Origin: Macrostomum lignano
Lineage: Eukaryota
Assembly: GCA_002269645.1 (NCBI GenBank)
Contig: NIVC01002306.1
Coordinates: 62,001-126,000 of the forward strand
Direction: 5' to 3'
DNA: 64,000 nt
Shown: positions 47,255-64,000 of the stretch, one piece after another
Layout: the number at the start of each line of letters is the position of its first letter
Position numbering within the stretch: the stretch's first letter is position 1
Program-made: the position numbers and the translations under genes
The notes under the pieces: generated by a model
Seen by the model: the letters and a program-made list of their open reading frames with translations, nothing else
The model's database searches: none
Told to the model about the DNA's origin: nothing

Positions 47255-48394
47255 GGCTATTGAATTACAAGCCAGATATCCGCACTAAAAGTTGCTGGCT
47301 TGAACTCAGCAGCAGCACTCTCAGACCGTAAAGAAAATTCCATTCAATTCTCCTCAGTTTTCGTGTCCCGCAATTTCCTCGGCCAAGCGGACCGGACACC
47401 GCGTAGCTCAAACTCAATTTCGGCCAATTTTCTGTCCGACCAAAAGCCCCCTGTCCGAGAGGCAAGACAAATGGCTCGGGCCGGAGCTGCCGCTGCTTTG
47501 ATTCCCCGGGAAATAATGCGGCCAGTCCAGGGCCTCTTCTTGAGAACAAAATTTCAACTGGCACGCCCCCCCCCGTGGGACGCTTTGTAAGACGATTCGC
47601 TGCTTCCTGAAATTCCTTTCAGTCAGTCGCTTGTCGGCGTTAATCGGAGAATTTCGCCAGGGGAACAGATGAGCTGGTGAGGGGGGGACCCAGTTACACT
47701 GCTAGACATATGGCTCCGGGTTGCTAGGGGCTCAGGATTCCACTAATCCAAGACTGTCATGTCCTTCTCCGGCATCGTAAAAGTGATAGAAATTCCCGGA
47801 TTCGCTGGGGCAAAAAAATTCCCCGCTTGCCCCAAGCCAGCTCAGCATCCTGGCATCGATGGGGTGAAGGCCGACTCACCTTCGCCCCTGAGACTGCAGG
47901 AGGCGACAGAGCAAGTTAATGAGGCCGCCAGACAGAATGGAGAAAGAAGGGGATTCAAGCTTCCGAGCTGAGAAGAGCAGCAACCAGAGGGTCAATTCAT
48001 TATTTATACTGCAGCGGGGGGAGGCGGCCCTGCTCGCTATTCAATCAATCCGGAAAATCTCCTGCTGCTGTGCTGCTGCTATTGGAGAAGTTGGCATTGG
48101 GAATGGAAATATGGATTTGCATAGCCGTGTACGCGGACAAGATGCTTGGGCCTCTACGGGTGATAATATTTCCTGTGCATTGAACAAGCTTGCACTGAGA
48201 TTTCGGTGATTTTTGTTTGCTAAACTGCATTGGCCTTAGCAGGGTTGCTATAGAGAAACGGCCTGTTTACATTGCTTGGCCTGCCTTACTCTTTGGCCTC
48301 GTATTTGCTTATTTTATTTGACTAGATTGTGGTATAAATGAGTGGTCGTCTTGCGGGTCGTAAGTTAATTTATTCATTTATGAGAATATGCTTT

Positions 48395-48860
48395 CATGGG
48401 TTCATGAGTTCACGAGTGACTTCATGAATTCTTAAGTAAGTTCATGAGTTCACGAGTGACTTGATGAATTCACAAGTGACTTGATGAGTTCACGAGTGAC
48501 TTCATGAATTCGCAAGTAAGTTTATGAGTTCACGAGTGACTTGATGAGTTCACGAGTGACTTGATGAGTTCACGAGTGACTTGATGAGTTCACGAGTGAC
48601 TTGATGAGTTCACGAGTGACTTGATGAGTTCACGAGTGACTTGATGAGTTCGCGAGTGACTTGATGAGTTCACGAATGACTTGATGAATTCATAAGTAAG
48701 TTCATGAGTTCATGAGTGACTTGATGAGTTCACGAGTGACTTGATGAGTTCACAAGTAAGTTCATGAGTTCACGAGTGACTTGATGAGTTCATGAGTGAC
48801 TTGATGAGTTCACGAGTGACTTGATGAATTCACAAGTAAGTTCATGAGTTCACGGGTGAA
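48395..48860. repeat. 20-bp minisatellite GAGTTCACGAGTGACTTGAT
   Basis: Direct inspection. Confidence 0.93.
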
Positions 48861-49339
48861 TTCAGGATGGCATCAGTAAACTCAAGAAGTAAACGGATCA
48901 GTGTGTGTGTCGTATTGAATATTAAATTACCAATCAACCAATATTAGCCACGTCAGCTTACCTAAATTGCTTATTTCCTTTCAGCGTGTAACTTTTCTTT
49001 AAGCTGAATAAAAACACGCAATAGATTCTGCTTTGCGGTGTTGCAGAATTGCTAAAAAATGTTACGGATGTAAATTGGGAGCTTTTGTTCGCGCAGAGTT
49101 CTCAGTTAGTCTTATAGCAACTTTGAGAAGGAGGCAGAGAGGAAGATAGAGAGAACCAACCAGAGGCCTGGGCCAATCCGCAACACTGGCAGAAGAGCCA
49201 AAGGTTCAACTGGATTTGGAAAAAATCATGCACAAAACTCACATCGGTCCTACTGAGTCTGCTCATTAAAGGCTTCTTGTTGAATGCAACATTTTCCATT
49301 TTAGTAGGTTTTGAGTAGTTGCACTATCGATTGAGTCAT

Positions 49340-49985
49340 TTGACTAGGGCATGACCGATTTGATTAGAGCATGAACGATTTGATTAGATCATGACCGATT
49401 TGATTATATCATTACCGATTTGATTAGATCATTACCGATTTGATTATATCATTACCGATTTGATTATATCATTACCGATTTGATTATATCATTACCGATT
49501 TGATTATATCATTACCGATTTGATTATATCATGACCGATTTGATTATATCATGACCGATTTGATTATATCATTACCGATTTGATTAGATCATTACCGATT
49601 TGATTAGATCATTACCGATTTGATTAGATCATTACCGATTTGATTATATCATTGCCGATTTGATTATATCATGACCGATTTGATTATATCATTACCGATT
49701 TGATTAGATCATTACCGATTTGATTATATCATTACCGATTTGATTAGATCATTACCGATTTGATTATATCATGACCGATTTTATTAGATCATTACCGATT
49801 TGATTATATCATTACCGATTTGATTATATCATTACCGATTTGATTAGATCATGGCCGATTTGATTATATCATGACCGATTTGATTAGATCATGGCCGATT
49901 TGATTATATCATTACCGATTTTATTAGAGCATGACCGATTTTTCTGAAGAATGACCAATTTGATTAGCTAATGACCGATTCGATT
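49340..49985. repeat. 20-bp minisatellite TCATTACCGATTTGATTA(G/T)A
   Basis: Direct inspection. Confidence 0.93.
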
Positions 49986-50255
49986 AAAGCCTGACGATTC
50001 GATTAAATCATGACCAATCTGCTTAAAAAACGAAAGAACGTGGATTGAATTTGGCCTGCGTTTCTAAGAATGACTGTTTAATCCATTCGTTGAGATGACT
50101 GATAAAAACCCAGAATAATTTTCGGCGTTTAATGTAATTCGTTGACTTTCTTCAACATTAAAATCGAATTTTCAATGCGTCTTTTGAAAAGGCTTTAAAC
50201 ACCAAGATAGATCTGCTTTGAAGAAATTCAGGGATTTTCCTAGAGAAGACATGGT

Positions 50256-63368
<13,113 letters not shown>

Positions 63369-63803
63369 ATCAAGCTTCCTCCAGTCTCCGGGCAGGGAGA
63401 GCCAGTGCGAGCTGTCTTCAGGATGTAGATGGGTGCACCAGTTCACGCTGGCAGATCTGCCTGTTTATATCCGGGGTGTTCTTTTATTTTGCAATTTGCT
63501 GTTCCTCGAGTTGACCTAAAAATGATGGGAAACGCCGAGAATGGAGGTGGGAAGCAAGAGAAATGACGGAAGCTGTTTATGGAGTCGCTGTTCCCTAAGG
63601 GGACGCCTTATTTTCTCTAAAACTTTCCTGATATCTGTCTCTTTTCTGTCCACTCGATTCCTCTGACGGGAATCAGAAAGTTTTTGAAGAAATTTTCTAG
63701 TATTATCTGGTGTTCTGAATCTGACCTTCTAAGCACACTGAAATTCTGTTGTTATTGTTGTTTTTAATGATTCTGATGATGTTGTTTTTGTTTTTTTGTT
63801 GTC

Positions 63804-63804
<1 letters not shown>

Positions 63805-63894
<90 letters not shown>

Positions 63895-63895
63895 T
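63805..63895. repeat. (GAT)n microsatellite followed by GTT-rich low complexity sequence
   Basis: Direct inspection. Confidence 0.93.
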
Positions 63896-64000
63896 TGTTT
63901 TTGTTTTTTTGTTGTCGATGATGATGAATGTTTTTGTTGTTTTTGTTGTTGTTGTTGATGATGATGATGATAATGATGTGTTTGTTGTTGTTGTTGTTCT

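Overview
Eukaryotic (animal) genomic DNA with GC-rich exons and GT-AG introns. The overall style resembles the free-living flatworm Macrostomum lignano, but that is an inference and cannot be proven from this window. Five gene units can be modelled with phase-consistent splice sites: (1) the 3' three exons of a divergent calmodulin-like gene (+, 2590-4734); (2) a tandem cluster of three C-type-lectin + PAN/apple genes (-; two intact, one pseudogene); (3) a 15-exon EF-hand + WD40 gene of the WDR49/CFAP337/WDY family (+, 14163-37162); (4) a two-exon allatostatin-A/galanin-type GPCR (-, 38899-42015); (5) a 14-exon kainate-like ionotropic glutamate receptor (-, 50256-63368). About 45 distinct mini/microsatellite arrays cover roughly 30 kb by hand tally, and they produce most of the long ORFs in the supplied track, which are artefacts. 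There are also two tRNA-derived SINE families and a ~740 bp foldback. Most notable observations: long introns are often a minimal intron plus one locus-specific tandem array; different arrays share 7-13 nt cores; the lectins have divergent binding domains on a near-constant 3' module whose stop codon lies in the first unit of a minisatellite; and both intact lectins have an upstream RFX X-box. Array boundaries are approximate.
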